Translations under genes and position numbers: made by a program
NCBI RefSeq assembly: GCF_006345805.1
Contig: NC_043002.1
Location: 83,700,001 to 83,764,000, forward strand
DNA from: Octopus sinensis
Taxonomy: Eukaryota
Direction of reading: 5' to 3'
DNA: 64,000 nucleotides
Shown: one piece after another, positions 53,115 through 64,000 of the stretch
Position numbering within the stretch: position 1 is the first letter of the stretch
Layout: each line of letters starts with the position of its first letter
Notes under the pieces: generated by a model
Seen by the model: only the letters and a program-made list of their open reading frames with translations
Told to the model about the DNA's origin: nothing
Databases searched by the model: none

Positions 53115-54600
53115 AACCCGAGCTGCTCCAGTGATTGCGAACCTTGTAATGGGTTACCTAGAACTTAAAATAAACCAATCATCACTACAAAAATATGGCA
53201 CCTCATTTCATTGCTATGTAAAGGAGAACTGGAAGAGGTATTTGGACGATTGTTTTATACTTTGGAAAGATAGCATGGGCAAACTCCTCGATTTCAAAAT
53301 AATGCTCAGCAATATTAATAGCAACATACAATTCACCATGGAGTACAGCAATAAACAACTCCCTTTTCTTGACATCCTAATTAAAATAGTCAATAACCAC
53401 ATCGAAACAGACATCTTCTATAAACCAACAGATTCTAAACAATACCTATTATTCAACTCATGCCACCCCAAACACATAAAAATTAATATACCTTATAATC
53501 TAGCGAAAAGAATCTGTACTATAGTTTCGGACACCTATACTCGTGAACGAAGACACCTTGAACTCAGATCAATATTAATAAAAAAAACATTACCCAATAT
53601 CATTAATAAATGATGGCATTAAACAAGCAAAGGAAATAGACATACGAACATTAAGGGAAGTCAACCGAAATACTACACCAGACTTTAAAATACTCCCATA
53701 TATCTCCGCACATAACCCTAGAAACAATGCAGCCTTCAACATTATCATCCAAAATCTATCCATCCTCACAGGAGATAAAACAATGAACAAAATTTTAGGC
53801 TCATACAAAATTATCAAAAGCAAAATGCAACCGAAATCATTGAAAAAAATATTAACCAGCGCAAGACTATATGCATTAACAACGGAACCTAAAATGAAAA
53901 AATGTGGTCGACCTAACTGTGGCACATGCCCCCACCTTTTGGAGGGTTCAGAGTTCCACTTTAATCAAGGTGAAATATCTAAGATTAAATCAAATTTCAC
54001 CTGTGCCTCGGAAAACCTAATCTATAACATTACATGCTTTGGGCGCGATAATCAGTATATTGGCCAAACAGGAATATCACTCGTCGAAGAACCACTCTCC
54101 ACAAAGAACAAATCCGCCATCTATAATACAGACAGGTACAAGTTAGTGAACACATAGAAAGGTGTGCTAAGAACCTTAATCCTAATTTCCTAATTTTCTC
54201 CTATCAATGTTCACAGAACACCTCAGTACAGCAAAGAATGGATAAAGAGGCAACTTTCATCAATAAATATCTTCCACAACTCAATATGAACACATAACAT
54301 AATACAGAACACTACAAACCTTTCAGTTAATACCACTAACCCCTATATATCCCATACACCATTCACATTACAGTATTATATCTACCCTAATTGCATCAAA
54401 TCCAGAACTACTTACCTCCCTTACACATAAACTTTTTACTCAGAGACTAGTAGACCCGACACCGTTCGGTAATCGGTGCGCATTCAAAGCCAGTGAACAG
54501 TAATTTACGAAACCGGTATACCTTCGAATCTCTTTAATAATTCCCAATAATGACTTTTATTACTTTTATTCCTACCTCAGTTCATCTAATTGTATATATC
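53115..54600 (+). mobile_element. 5'-truncated Penelope-like element (RT C-terminal half plus GIY-YIG), frameshifted
   Basis: ANLVMGYLE..WKRYLDDCF..LPFLD..YKPTDSKQYL..SCHP; KKCGRPNCGTC..FTCASENLIY..YIGQT; clearly homologous to 58058-59821. Confidence 0.93.
54487..54524 (+). ncRNA. Minimal hammerhead with G3-C8 core variant in PLE 3' region
   Basis: AAGCCA-GTGAACA-GTA(ATT)TAC-GAAAC-CG-GTA-TACCTT; helix III palindrome ACCGGT; stem I partly mismatched. Confidence 0.5.
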
Positions 54601-54899
54601 TATTGTTAATTTTCATAACAAGCCTTTACTTTTTCTGATTTCCAATGTGCATTTTCGCTTTTTTTTCTTCTTACTTTCCCCTTACATTTCCACGTGTAGC
54701 TTCTATTTTCTTTTTGTAACATTTTCTATTATGTGTGTGTGTGTGTGTGTGTGGTGTGTGTAATGTATATTTATACATACATACATACATACATACATAC
54801 ATACATACATACATACATACATACATACATACATACATACATACATACAAATTAGCTGCCCGGTAGATGTTAACATAAAGCTGAGGATCATTGAAAAAG

Positions 54900-55150
54900 A
54901 AAATAAGTTGAGGCGATGAGGAGACATACCAGATGGAGTGAGTGGGTTTATGAATTCAAATGGATAGTTCTGAATCTCCTCTTCGTTATTGCAGGACACT
55001 GAATCTGTGCTTAAGTACGTTTTAAGTGCCTCATGTATAATATAAAGAACTTTTTCATTTATTGCAAGACAGTCAGAATTTTTAGGAGATAAAATTACTC
55101 GTTTTTCCATTTCGTCTGGTGTTTAGTTATTGAAAATTTCTGGGTACAAA
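54900..55150 (-). mobile_element. Helitron PIF1-like helicase fragment
   Basis: RVILSPKNSDCLAINEKVL..YLSTD..YPFEFINPLTPSGMSPHRLNL. Confidence 0.85.
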
Positions 55151-55842
55151 TTAAAATGCAAAAGAACGAAATAATAAATGGTTTGGTAATTGCGTCTATT
55201 CCCAGCACGCGACACTTATTATCACAAACATGTTTTAACTAACCTTAGCTATACACACACACACAAATACATTCATATATATATATATATGTCTCGGGTT
55301 GTAGCTGTAATTCAAAGGGGGCCAGCCTTGTCATATTCTATGTGAGGCTGAATCTCACTGAGAACTACGTTAATATTATGCATGTATGTGGAGTACTCAG
55401 CCATTTGTGAGTTAATTTTATCCTCGTGTGGTAATGAAAAGTGAAATGACAGCCAATATTTGCTGTGTCTATGTATCTATATATGAACTTTTCTTTGGAT
55501 TTATGTATCTACTGTCTCTCTCTCTCTCTCCCTTTCTCTTTCACTTCCTTTGTGTCCTTCTCTCCCACTTTTGATTTAACAATGTGTATATGTATCTTTG
55601 TATCTACTCTTGCGATGTGATAAACATTTAAAAACACAAAACGAACGCCGTCACCTCTCACTGTCTCTTTCACTCTCTCTCTCTCCCTCTTTCTTTTTCA
55701 CTTTTTCTCTCTCTCTCTTTCTCTCTCTCACTCTCTCTCTCTCTCTCACTCTCTCTCTCTCACTCTCTCTCTCTCACTCATTCCATCCTTATCACTTACT
55801 TCCTCTCTGTCCTTCTCTCTCTCGCTTGCCACTTCTTCAGCG

Positions 55843-56053
55843 TCCTGCACTAATGAAGAAGTTCAGAACTGTCCATTTGAATTCATAAACTCACTCACTC
55901 CATCTGGTATGCCTCCTCATCGCCTCAACTTAAAAGTAGGAGCTATTGTAATGATGCTAAGAAATCTTTCGATAAGTCAAGGATTATGTAATGGAACTCG
56001 CATGAAAGTGCAAAGACTTCATGGACATTGTGTAGAGGTATCATTGGTAACAG
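55843..56053 (+). mobile_element. Second Helitron PIF1-like helicase fragment, absent from the ORF track
   Basis: Open frame SCTNEEVQNCPFEFINSLTPSGMPPHRLNLKVGAIVMMLRNLSISQGLCNGTRMKV. Confidence 0.9.
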
Positions 56054-57078
56054 TATTTCTATCACTGCTGTAGTTGATGGCTTTTGCTGCTTTTGTCGAC
56101 GTTGTCGTCGTTGCCGTAAAATCAAAATATCGAAGCTTGAAAAACCGAAAACTCAGAATCCCGAATACAGTAATAACAAGTTTGAACTATTTTAGAGAAA
56201 ATAATGATAAAACGGCTTTAAAAGACATTTATTTGCAGTTTTAAAAGAGAGTTTGAGAAACTTATTGTAACACATTTACTTAAAGAAAAAAATTAAAATA
56301 TTATAGCATGAAAATGATATCGAAAATATCAGTGAAAACGTAAATAATATATTTATCAAATATTTTTGTTCTTTAAGATCTCATATTATTGGGTATTTTC
56401 CTTCTTTTAATATAAGCAAAAGCATACGATAAAAAAAAAATCCGAATTTCGATAGACCGCAACGCAAGGGAGGTAAGTAAGTGCATGAAATTAATTCCTA
56501 TCCACACCTGTCTCGGAAGCCACGAAAAAAGGTCACGATCGCTGCTTTTCCTCTTGTGACTAAGTCGTTAAAAAAATACTGTTCCCCCGCCTCTGCAACT
56601 TGTTTATATGATAATCAAAACATTTGTTGTTTACAACTTCCTCTGTAATAACCTGCGGTTACAATGCCGGTATTAAGATTATAAAGCAATACAAGTCTAA
56701 AATTAAAAAAACCATCAGCTTTAAGAAACTAACTCCCACTAACATCCTACGCAACGCGTTTCTATGAGAACCAAGTTATTTCCTTGTGTTTCCTGTGAAT
56801 GCCATTCTAAGACTTGCTATACTTTTATAATATACCCCCAAAAAATTAAAATAAAGAAAATTTTTTGAACTTCTTTAAGATTAATGCCTTTTCATTTCCT
56901 CTTTTTCTCATATCAATGTCCGTTCGATGACTTGTAGTTATTCATCATGCATAAATTGTATACTTGGGCCTTATGAATAACGTATTTCACAGGCAATTCG
57001 TGTGTCGTGATTTAGTATCAGCTATTGATGATTCACTCTAGATGTCTCATATATATATATATATTATAATATATATAT

Positions 57079-57127
<49 letters not shown>

Positions 57128-57217
57128 ATATGTATAAGGGTGAAAAGGGACACACGAGTTGATATATATGAAAAAACAAGTCAAAAATAGAAAATGCTAA
57201 AATAATTTTATAGTGAA

Positions 57218-57265
57218 CATTTCAGTACCGGTTTCGGTCATTTTGAGACCTTTTCAACTGTAACG
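57218..57265 (-). ncRNA. Minimal type I hammerhead ribozyme, U3-A8 core variant
   Basis: Minus strand CGTTACAG-TTGAAAA-GGTC(TCAAAAT)GACC-GAAAC-CG-GTA-CTGAAATG; stem I 7 of 8 paired, stem II 4 bp, palindromic helix III, GUA triplet. Confidence 0.75.
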
Positions 57266-57616
57266 ATTAAATAATTAAATTTAGAAAAATTAGAAGAAAA
57301 GTTTTTTTAAAAGAATATTTCTATAGTAGTGTTCAGATTTAAGTGGCATTCTGCCTTTCTCTGACCCTTGTTTGCACTTGTGTGTTCGAGGTAGTTGTGA
57401 GTTCTTGGTAGGGTAGTAGAGGAAGAAGGCTGGTGAGGAAAGGGTGGTGGGAGAATCTGGGAGTGCCCTGATGGTCGTATTTTGAATGGTCAGTGGCGGC
57501 TGGCAGTCTCAGTTCAATTCAGGAGAATATTTATATTGACAGGCTTGTTTATAGAATTAGCGTAGGTGTTATACTAAAAAACATTAGTGACAAAGTTAAG
57601 GGGTAGGGGTGGAGAA

Positions 57617-57930
57617 GTAGAAGAAGAAGAAGAAGAAGAAGAAGAAGAAGAAGAAGAAGAAGAGAAGAAGAAGAAGAAGAAGGAGAAGGAGAAGATGACG
57701 ATGATGGTGATGGTGGTGATGATTATGACGACGATGATGATGATAATGATGATGATGAAGAAGAAGAAGAAGAAGAAGAAGAAGAAGAAGAAGAAGAAGA
57801 AGAAGAAGAAGAAGAAGAAGGAGGAGGAGAAGGAGAAGATGGTGGTGATGATGGTGGTGATGATGATGACGACGATGATGATGATAATGATGATGATGAA
57901 GAAGAAGAGGAAGAAGAAGAAGAAGAAAAA
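57617..57930. repeat. (GAA)n/(GAT)n compound repeat with a duplicated block, inside the PLE 3' UTR
   Basis: Direct triplet repeats. Confidence 0.9.
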
Positions 57931-58057
57931 AACAGAGAAGGGAGAATATGAATGGGTGTAAGTATAGCTTTGAAGGGGCTGATTAGTAATGGATTCTATG
58001 GAGTGTAGTATTTGTGTGTGTATATATATTTTTCTTTTATTCTAAAGTTGAGGTATA

Positions 58058-59821
58058 TTAATTGTTTGTCGTAGACCCGTTAAGAAGTGGCTGGTATTTT
58101 GTAATAAAGAGATTTTCTTTACTTATTCGTTGTCTCGAGGTTGTATCGTCCCTAAATTGGTAGAGGGGGAAAATTCTGAAGTTTGGTGTTTTTTTGTTGG
58201 CGCAAGTATCTATGTGTTGGCTAAAAGCTATTTTTCTGTTTTGGGGAATTTTTATCTGGGATCTGTGCAGGGCCATTCGTTTACGCAAACCATTTTTTGT
58301 TTGGCCTATGTACTGCTCTTGACACCCGGAGCAGGTTAGTGAGTATATTAGGTTCTCCGAAGCACATGTGAAGTTGCTTTTCACTGTAAACCGTTGTCCC
58401 TGTTTGAAGGAGAACTCAGAACCCTCGATTAGATAGTCGCATATCCCGCAATTGGGTCTTCCACATTTTTTTACTGTCGGCTTCTGTGTTGAAGAGTGAA
58501 TTCGGGCTTGTGTAAGGAGACTTTTCATGGATCTAGGCTGTCTTTTGCTTTTTATGATCGTGTGTGTTTGGAGGATTGTGTTCATTCTGTGGTCTTTTTT
58601 TAGGAGGGGTATGTTGTGGAGGATGGTGTCGAAGGCTTCGTTATTGAGAGGGTTGTGTGTGGAGATGTATGGTAAGGCTTTTGGTTGTAAGTTTTTCTTT
58701 GATTTGGGATGTCTCAGTTCCTTGATGTTAAGTTGAAGGGCACGTTGAATGCACTTGTCAATAAGTGAAGGTGGATAGTTCCTGGTGATTAGGGTATCTT
58801 TTAGTTCTTGTAGTCGTGTGTCTCTGGTGTTTGCGTTAGAGACTATAGTGCATATCCTTTTTGCTAGATTGAAGGGGATATTCATCCTGGTGTGTCTGGG
58901 GTGGCATGAATTGAATGGAAGATATTGCTTAGAGTCTGTAGGCTTATAGTATATGTCTGTTTCTGTTATATTATTAGCTTTCTTAATGAGGATATCGAGG
59001 AAGGAGAGTTGTTGTTGGCTATATTCCATCGTGAATTGGATGTTTACGTCCAGTCCGTTTAAAATTTTCTGGAATTCTATGAGTTTTTCTATATTTTTAT
59101 GCCAAAGGATGAAACAGTCATCTAGATATCTCTTCCAGTTGTTTTCTATGTAGATGGAGAAAGGGCTGCCATATCTTTCTAGAACCTTACGATACAGACT
59201 GATCTCTAGGTATCCTATGACTAGGTTGGCAAAGGAGGGGGCCATTCGTGTACCCATCGCAGTCCCCGATTTTTGTCGGTAGAAGTTGTCATTGAAGGCG
59301 AAGAAGTTATTTTCCAGGATGAATTTAACCCCTTCTATCACAAATTCTTTTTTGATGCGGTGTGGTAGTTCGTTGGCGTGATTCTCTAGCCAGAATTGGA
59401 TTGCCTCTAGTCCTAGGTTGTGGGGGATATTGGAGTAGAGGTTGACTACATCGAAGGATACCAGTATGGTGTTTTTGTTTATAGTATTCGGTAGGTGATT
59501 GAGCATATCTAAGTCGTCCCTTATATAGCTTTTGACATGTTTGAGGAGTGGTTTTAACAGGGTGTCTAAAAAGTTACTGAGGCGGTGGGTTTCGCATGCG
59601 GGACTTGCTATTATGGGTCTCAATTTGAGGTCATTAGGATTAGGGACTTTAATTATTTTGTCTGTAGCTATCTTGCATGCGTTGCTTATTTTTTCACTTT
59701 TGTGGATCTTAGGTATACCGTAGAATTGGCTAGTTTTACTTGTGAAATTGGTCATATAATCATATTCTTTGTCGGTGAGCCCTGCTTTGTATGGGTTTAA
59801 TATGGATTTTAGTTCCCTCAT
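58058..59821 (-). CDS. PLE reverse transcriptase plus GIY-YIG endonuclease, C-terminal 587 aa
   Basis: FYGIPKIHK, LRPII, SFDVVNLY, GTAMGTRMAPSFANL, WKRYLDD, FLD, CGRPNCGIC linker, LIY..C..C..YIGQT. Confidence 0.95.
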   Translation of the reverse strand: MRELKSILNPYKAGLTDKEYDYMTNFTSKTSQFYGIPKIHKSEKISNACKIATDKIIKVPNPNDLKLRPIIASPACETHRLSNFLDTLLKPLLKHVKSYIRDDLDMLNHLPNTINKNTILVSFDVVNLYSNIPHNLGLEAIQFWLENHANELPHRIKKEFVIEGVKFILENNFFAFNDNFYRQKSGTAMGTRMAPSFANLVIGYLEISLYRKVLERYGSPFSIYIENNWKRYLDDCFILWHKNIEKLIEFQKILNGLDVNIQFTMEYSQQQLSFLDILIKKANNITETDIYYKPTDSKQYLPFNSCHPRHTRMNIPFNLAKRICTIVSNANTRDTRLQELKDTLITRNYPPSLIDKCIQRALQLNIKELRHPKSKKNLQPKALPYISTHNPLNNEAFDTILHNIPLLKKDHRMNTILQTHTIIKSKRQPRSMKSLLTQARIHSSTQKPTVKKCGRPNCGICDYLIEGSEFSFKQGQRFTVKSNFTCASENLIYSLTCSGCQEQYIGQTKNGLRKRMALHRSQIKIPQNRKIAFSQHIDTCANKKTPNFRIFPLYQFRDDTTSRQRISKENLFITKYQPLLNGSTTNN

Positions 59822-60330
59822 TATTTTTGTTGACTGTAGTTTTGTGCCTTTTCATAGTATGTTGTGTCTTCCAGCATAGAAAGTACCAAAGTTATGTAAA
59901 ATGTCGTATCCATTAAGACAACAGCACTCCCTTTATCGGCCTCTTTGATTGTTATTGTTTTATCTAGTTTTAATTTGTTCAACTCAGCCCATTCTTTTTT
60001 GCTGAAGTTTGGTTTGTGTTTTTGTTTGTGCATATGTTGATATGGGTAATTTGATATGTGGTCACAGAAATCATCAAGTGTTTTATTCTTACCTTTCGAG
60101 GGGGTGTAGTTACTCCTATTTCTGGCTAACGATTCGTCCTCGTTGTATTTATCGTATAGCTCCTCAGTAAGTCTTAATTTTCTGCAGAATTCTGCGATGT
60201 CTTCTTTCATTTCATTGTAGTTGGGGTGTTGTGGGGTGGGTGTAAACTTGAGTCCTTTGGAAAGTATGTTTATTTGGTTTGCTGTTAGTTCCTTGTGAGT
60301 TAGATTAATAATTTTTATTACTTTTGGTTC
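59821..60330 (-). CDS. N-terminal part of the same PLE ORF, separated by a single-base frameshift
   Basis: IINLTHKELTANQINILSKGLKFTPTP...ITIKEADKGSAVVLMD. Confidence 0.85.
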   Translation of the reverse strand, partial: EPKVIKIINLTHKELTANQINILSKGLKFTPTPQHPNYNEMKEDIAEFCRKLRLTEELYDKYNEDESLARNRSNYTPSKGKNKTLDDFCDHISNYPYQHMHKQKHKPNFSKKEWAELNKLKLDKTITIKEADKGSAVVLMDTTFYITLVLSMLEDTTYYEKAQNYSQQK

Positions 60331-60924
60331 CTCCTGCTTGTTTGGTGCTATCTTGAGTCTCTGTGTTTGCGTATTGGGTCTAAAAGATGAATGCGGTTGT
60401 TGGGACAGTAGCTAGTATATAGTTGTTCTTTGTTGATTAGGGGTCTCCTGTTGTGATTTATGGTGTGTGTTCTTGGAGCAGTATTGAGGAGAGCATCCCG
60501 ATATCCCATATTCGGGTGTGGTGTTCTAGGAGGCCTTCGTTGGTAATCATTGCAAGTGGTGTGGGTTTGTTGTGCATGGTTGTTTAACCGGTTAATGGGA
60601 CGAAGATTTCGTTGGTAACTCCTTTGGGTGGGGATGAGGTTGCAGTGTCTATGCTGTGGGTGTTGATTTATCCTTTCTCTGCTTGAAGTGGGGGTATACC
60701 TGATATTGTATCGCTGGCTGCTTACAGAGTTAGGGTTAGGTCCTGTATTCTTTTTTTGATAGTAGTGAAGGTTCCGATTTTTAGACAGGTGTGTATCGGT
60801 GTTTGGGTGTTGTTTTGGTTTTCTTATTTTCTGGAAAGGGTTGTTGGAGGCGTGCTCTGTTTGAAAGACGGCTTCATAGTCTGAGAACCAAGTGGCGCTT
60901 TTCTCCCAGCGTTGGAGGACCCAA

Positions 60925-61335
60925 TTGCGGTAAAACTCAAAGTAAACTGCATGAAAACAAACTACATGCTGTCTGAAAATGCAGCACAAGGTCGAACAGT
61001 GGTGGAAAGTGATGAAATTGGGGCGGGGAAGGAGTATATATACTTAGGACAGACAGCAAACATACGTCGATACACGAACATTGAAATCTCAATCAGAGTG
61101 AGAGCAGTGTGAAAGGTATTTGCCTCGATTAAAGATGTGTACAGAGCACAGCTTAACAAGATACTGCTTACCAATCTCTTCAATATCACCGTCCGAGACC
61201 ATACACTCTTATACACTAGTGAGTCGTAACTCACAACGGAGAAAGAAGAACGGTGACTAGCTACGACACAGAGGGTCACAGAAAATTCTATGCTTGGAAT
61301 ATCATTGCGGGAGCATATTAGAACCGAAGTGGCGG
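60925..61335 (+). mobile_element. Decayed RTE-clade RT fragment
   Basis: LKVNCMKTNYM..EYIYLGQ..EISIRV..LLYTSES..MLGISLREHIR. Confidence 0.75.
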
Positions 61336-62144
61336 GGAAAAATACAAATACAAAGATGTACACATACAAACACATATGCTTGCACGCACACACACACATA
61401 CACACACACAAACGCACGATGGTTTTATATACAATTTTTGCCTACCAAGTTCACGGCGAAGCGCACTTTACTATCTTGTCATGACTATGCAATTTGAAGA
61501 AATATCGTAAATAATATTAACAAACAACTATACAGCATATCTTCCAAAGGGAGGGGACACCTTTAACAGTTCTTTTCATTAACACGAGAGAGAATAAAAA
61601 GACTAGTTTTACAGACAAAATTCTTCACATAGAAAATAATACCAGTCTTTATAAACGTAAAAATTGGGATAAACGGCGATATTTTGTGGTATAACCACCT
61701 CTTTAGTTTAAACGATATTTAAAATTAGATATATACGCATATTCCTATACATAACAACTATAATATTGTCACTGTCCATATACACTATTTTTCTTACTTA
61801 CTTTATACTTACCGAAAAATAGATTAGACGCCGAAGAAACTTCAGTTTTAAGTATTCACTGTTCACTGCAATACTCAAATGTTTTCACTATCCCAGAATA
61901 CAGTCTTCATACACCATTTTCTATATTTGTTTTGATATTTTGATTTAATTTTGGGATGGCTCTTGGCTCCTTATTCCCTTTCTTCCACGTAAACTCATTT
62001 CATCCCATCATCGTTTCATTATATTACACTCTAACTTAAGACATGTCACAGTTCACTACTTCACCTTCCCACCTTTCAGAGTACCAACAAGAACAGCTGG
62101 AATGAATTATCATACTCTACCATATTTTTTCTTCCCTAATGGAA

Positions 62145-62177
<33 letters not shown>

Positions 62178-62202
62178 TGTATGTATGTATGTATGTATGT
62201 CA

Positions 62203-62750
62203 GGTCACATTCGTGTGCTACTGGTAACATATAACCCAGTACTACCTGTTGCATGGTCGGGTCGTCGGCGACTAAACTGGCAACTCCACCAAGCTCGCTT
62301 GGTGAGGAGGGTGTTTATTGGTCACCCTGGGGGATGAAAAACAAAACCCGTCAAAGTGCGGAGGAACTATTGAGAGTCAACGGCCATCTAATAAATGTCT
62401 TAAAGCTGTATCATGCGCGGGGACATAGAAATAATCGGATTGAATATCCGATCGCGCAGTTAAACCATTGGGAGTGAAAGACTCCTAGCCTTTGTCAGGG
62501 CATGCTTCTAGGAGAAGGGAACTCAGGTAACTGGGATAACTCCGACATAAAACATGCGGCTCAGTGGTTACCGATGATGTTGACTTGTTCTTCTTTTCGG
62601 ATTATGGCTGCTGTTACTTAGTGAGTGGGATTGACTCAGTGCACAGCCTTTCCTCACTAAAAAAATATCTTCTTGCACAGGCATTGCACGATAACAACAT
62701 TGATTAAGCTTCGTGCAATGGCCATACTCGATAACGAGGGGGCAGCCACC
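62203..62750 (+). mobile_element. Bipartite non-autonomous RTE derivative (5'UTR plus 3' tail) in (ATGT)n
   Basis: 3' tail TCGTGCAATGGCCATACTCGATAAC.AGGGGGCA shared with the LINE end at 4231-4270; CTAGGAGAAGG motif typical of RTE 5'UTRs; no RT coding sequence. Confidence 0.65.
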
Positions 62751-63149
62751 ATGTATGTATGTATGTATGTATGTATGTATGTATGTATGTATGTATGTAT
62801 GTATGTATGTATGTATGCATGCATGTATGTATGTATGTATGTATGTATGTAAGTATGTATGTGTGTACAAAACAAAAAAAGACTGAGACAGATGAGGGAA
62901 CTACAAACAGGTGTATTAGTTTGAGGGTTGGGAAAATGGAAAAGTCTTTGGCGTTCTGTGCCTACGCTATTCGACATAAAGAAATAAGAGGTAAAAAAAT
63001 GGAGAGAGTACATGTATGTATGTATGTATGTATGTATGTATGTATGTATGTATGTATGTATGTATGTATGCATGCATGCATGTGTAGATTTGTATGTTTT
63101 ATGTATGCATTCTCATGCATATAGTTATATATCTAGACGTGATCATATA

Positions 63150-63628
63150 TATTTAAATGATAAACTTCTGGAAAGTCTTACAGATTTTTACAGTTCCAGT
63201 GATGGATTGGATCTGTAGTCTTCGAATTAGCTTTCTTCTTTCTGGTTTTGAGAAGCCTAATTTATCAAGATTGGTATTTAGGCAGTGTGTTACATATCCC
63301 AGGGTCCCAATAATTGCAGGTATAAACCTGAACTTGTAATCTGGATAGAGAAACTGCAGATTTCTCAATAGTTCAGTAAAGGTGTTTCACTGATTTTCAA
63401 CTTTATATTAACATCCACTGGGCCACTAATTTCCACAACTGTGCAGCTTATTTTCTCTATCCCAAATCATTATATCAGGATTGTTGTACTTACACACAGA
63501 TACACGGAGTGTATCTGTGAGGTCTTCACTGGTACATTCCACTAGTATTCCTTTTCATTATGAGTGGCTATGGCTTCTACCAAATTGTGTGTTCTTATTT
63601 CTTTATCCACGGGATTATCCTTCCGACA
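63150..63628 (-). mobile_element. R4/Dong-like non-LTR retrotransposon 3' end (restriction-like endonuclease)
   Basis: PDIMIWD...VVEISGP and FIPAIIGTLGYV...IQSITGTVKICK. Confidence 0.8.
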
Positions 63629-64000
63629 TGTATGCATGTATGTATGTATGTATGTATGTATGTATGTATGTATGTATATATGTATGTAGGTATGTACGTA
63701 TTCCAGAACAAATCGTGTGCTCAGTTGCATCCCGTGATAATGACGCGTTAACGTTGCCGTGGAGAATGGCTAACTTACTCAAAAAGACAGGCTTCAAATA
63801 AAACGATATCAGTAATATCACATACAACCTTAAAATACATGGTTAAATATCTCTGACCGAGATAGTAATAATTGCATCAAAATCCAAGGGGGATAATTTC
63901 AAGTAACGAATGTTAAGGTTTTGTCCCTTGTCTGTTACAACGCGAAGCTATATTTTGTCTTTTTTAACTAGCTATATAATTTCTGTTTTTTTACTTGTTT

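Larger units (their letters stand above)
57137..60900 (-). mobile_element. Nearly intact Penelope-like retroelement with 3' pseudo-LTR region ending in (TA)n
   Basis: RT + GIY-YIG ORF, N-terminal INLT..L..LSKGLKFTPTP motif, hammerhead in the 3' region. Confidence 0.93.

Noticed and set aside
56465-56482. Consensus donor GAG|GTAAGT
   Set aside because: No identifiable upstream exon or ORF; unsupported on its own
57587-57961. Poly-E/K/M ORF
   Set aside because: (GAA)n/(GAT)n microsatellite inside the PLE 3' region

Overview
AT-rich, repeat-saturated animal genomic DNA, not prokaryotic. The SINE families and (TA)n/(ATGT)n/(GATA)n/(CA)n microsatellite load resemble an Octopus genome; this is an inference and no database was searched. 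Most ORFs in the track are microsatellite artefacts. Supported content: three tRNA-derived SINE types; Tc1/mariner elements (one near-complete DD34D with TIRs and TA TSDs, plus deleted or decayed copies); a Ginger-like MITE; Helitron pieces (a complete non-autonomous element and two PIF1-helicase fragments); RTE, L1/Tx1, CR1-like and R4/Dong-like LINE fragments; and several Penelope-like elements (PLEs, RT + GIY-YIG), one nearly intact. The only credible host coding sequence is a 105-aa ORF (34348-34665) behind a splice acceptor, with a PRR15/ATAD4-like SISRSGRFK motif. The most interesting signal is a set of minimal hammerhead ribozymes. They occur in PLE 3' ends and in small non-coding elements sitting in (TA)n, and their cores show three different Watson-Crick 3-8 pairs (C-G, U-A, G-C). 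There is also a candidate HDV-like ribozyme at the 5' end of a bipartite non-autonomous RTE. Repeat boundaries were read by eye and are approximate unless TIRs or TSDs are quoted.
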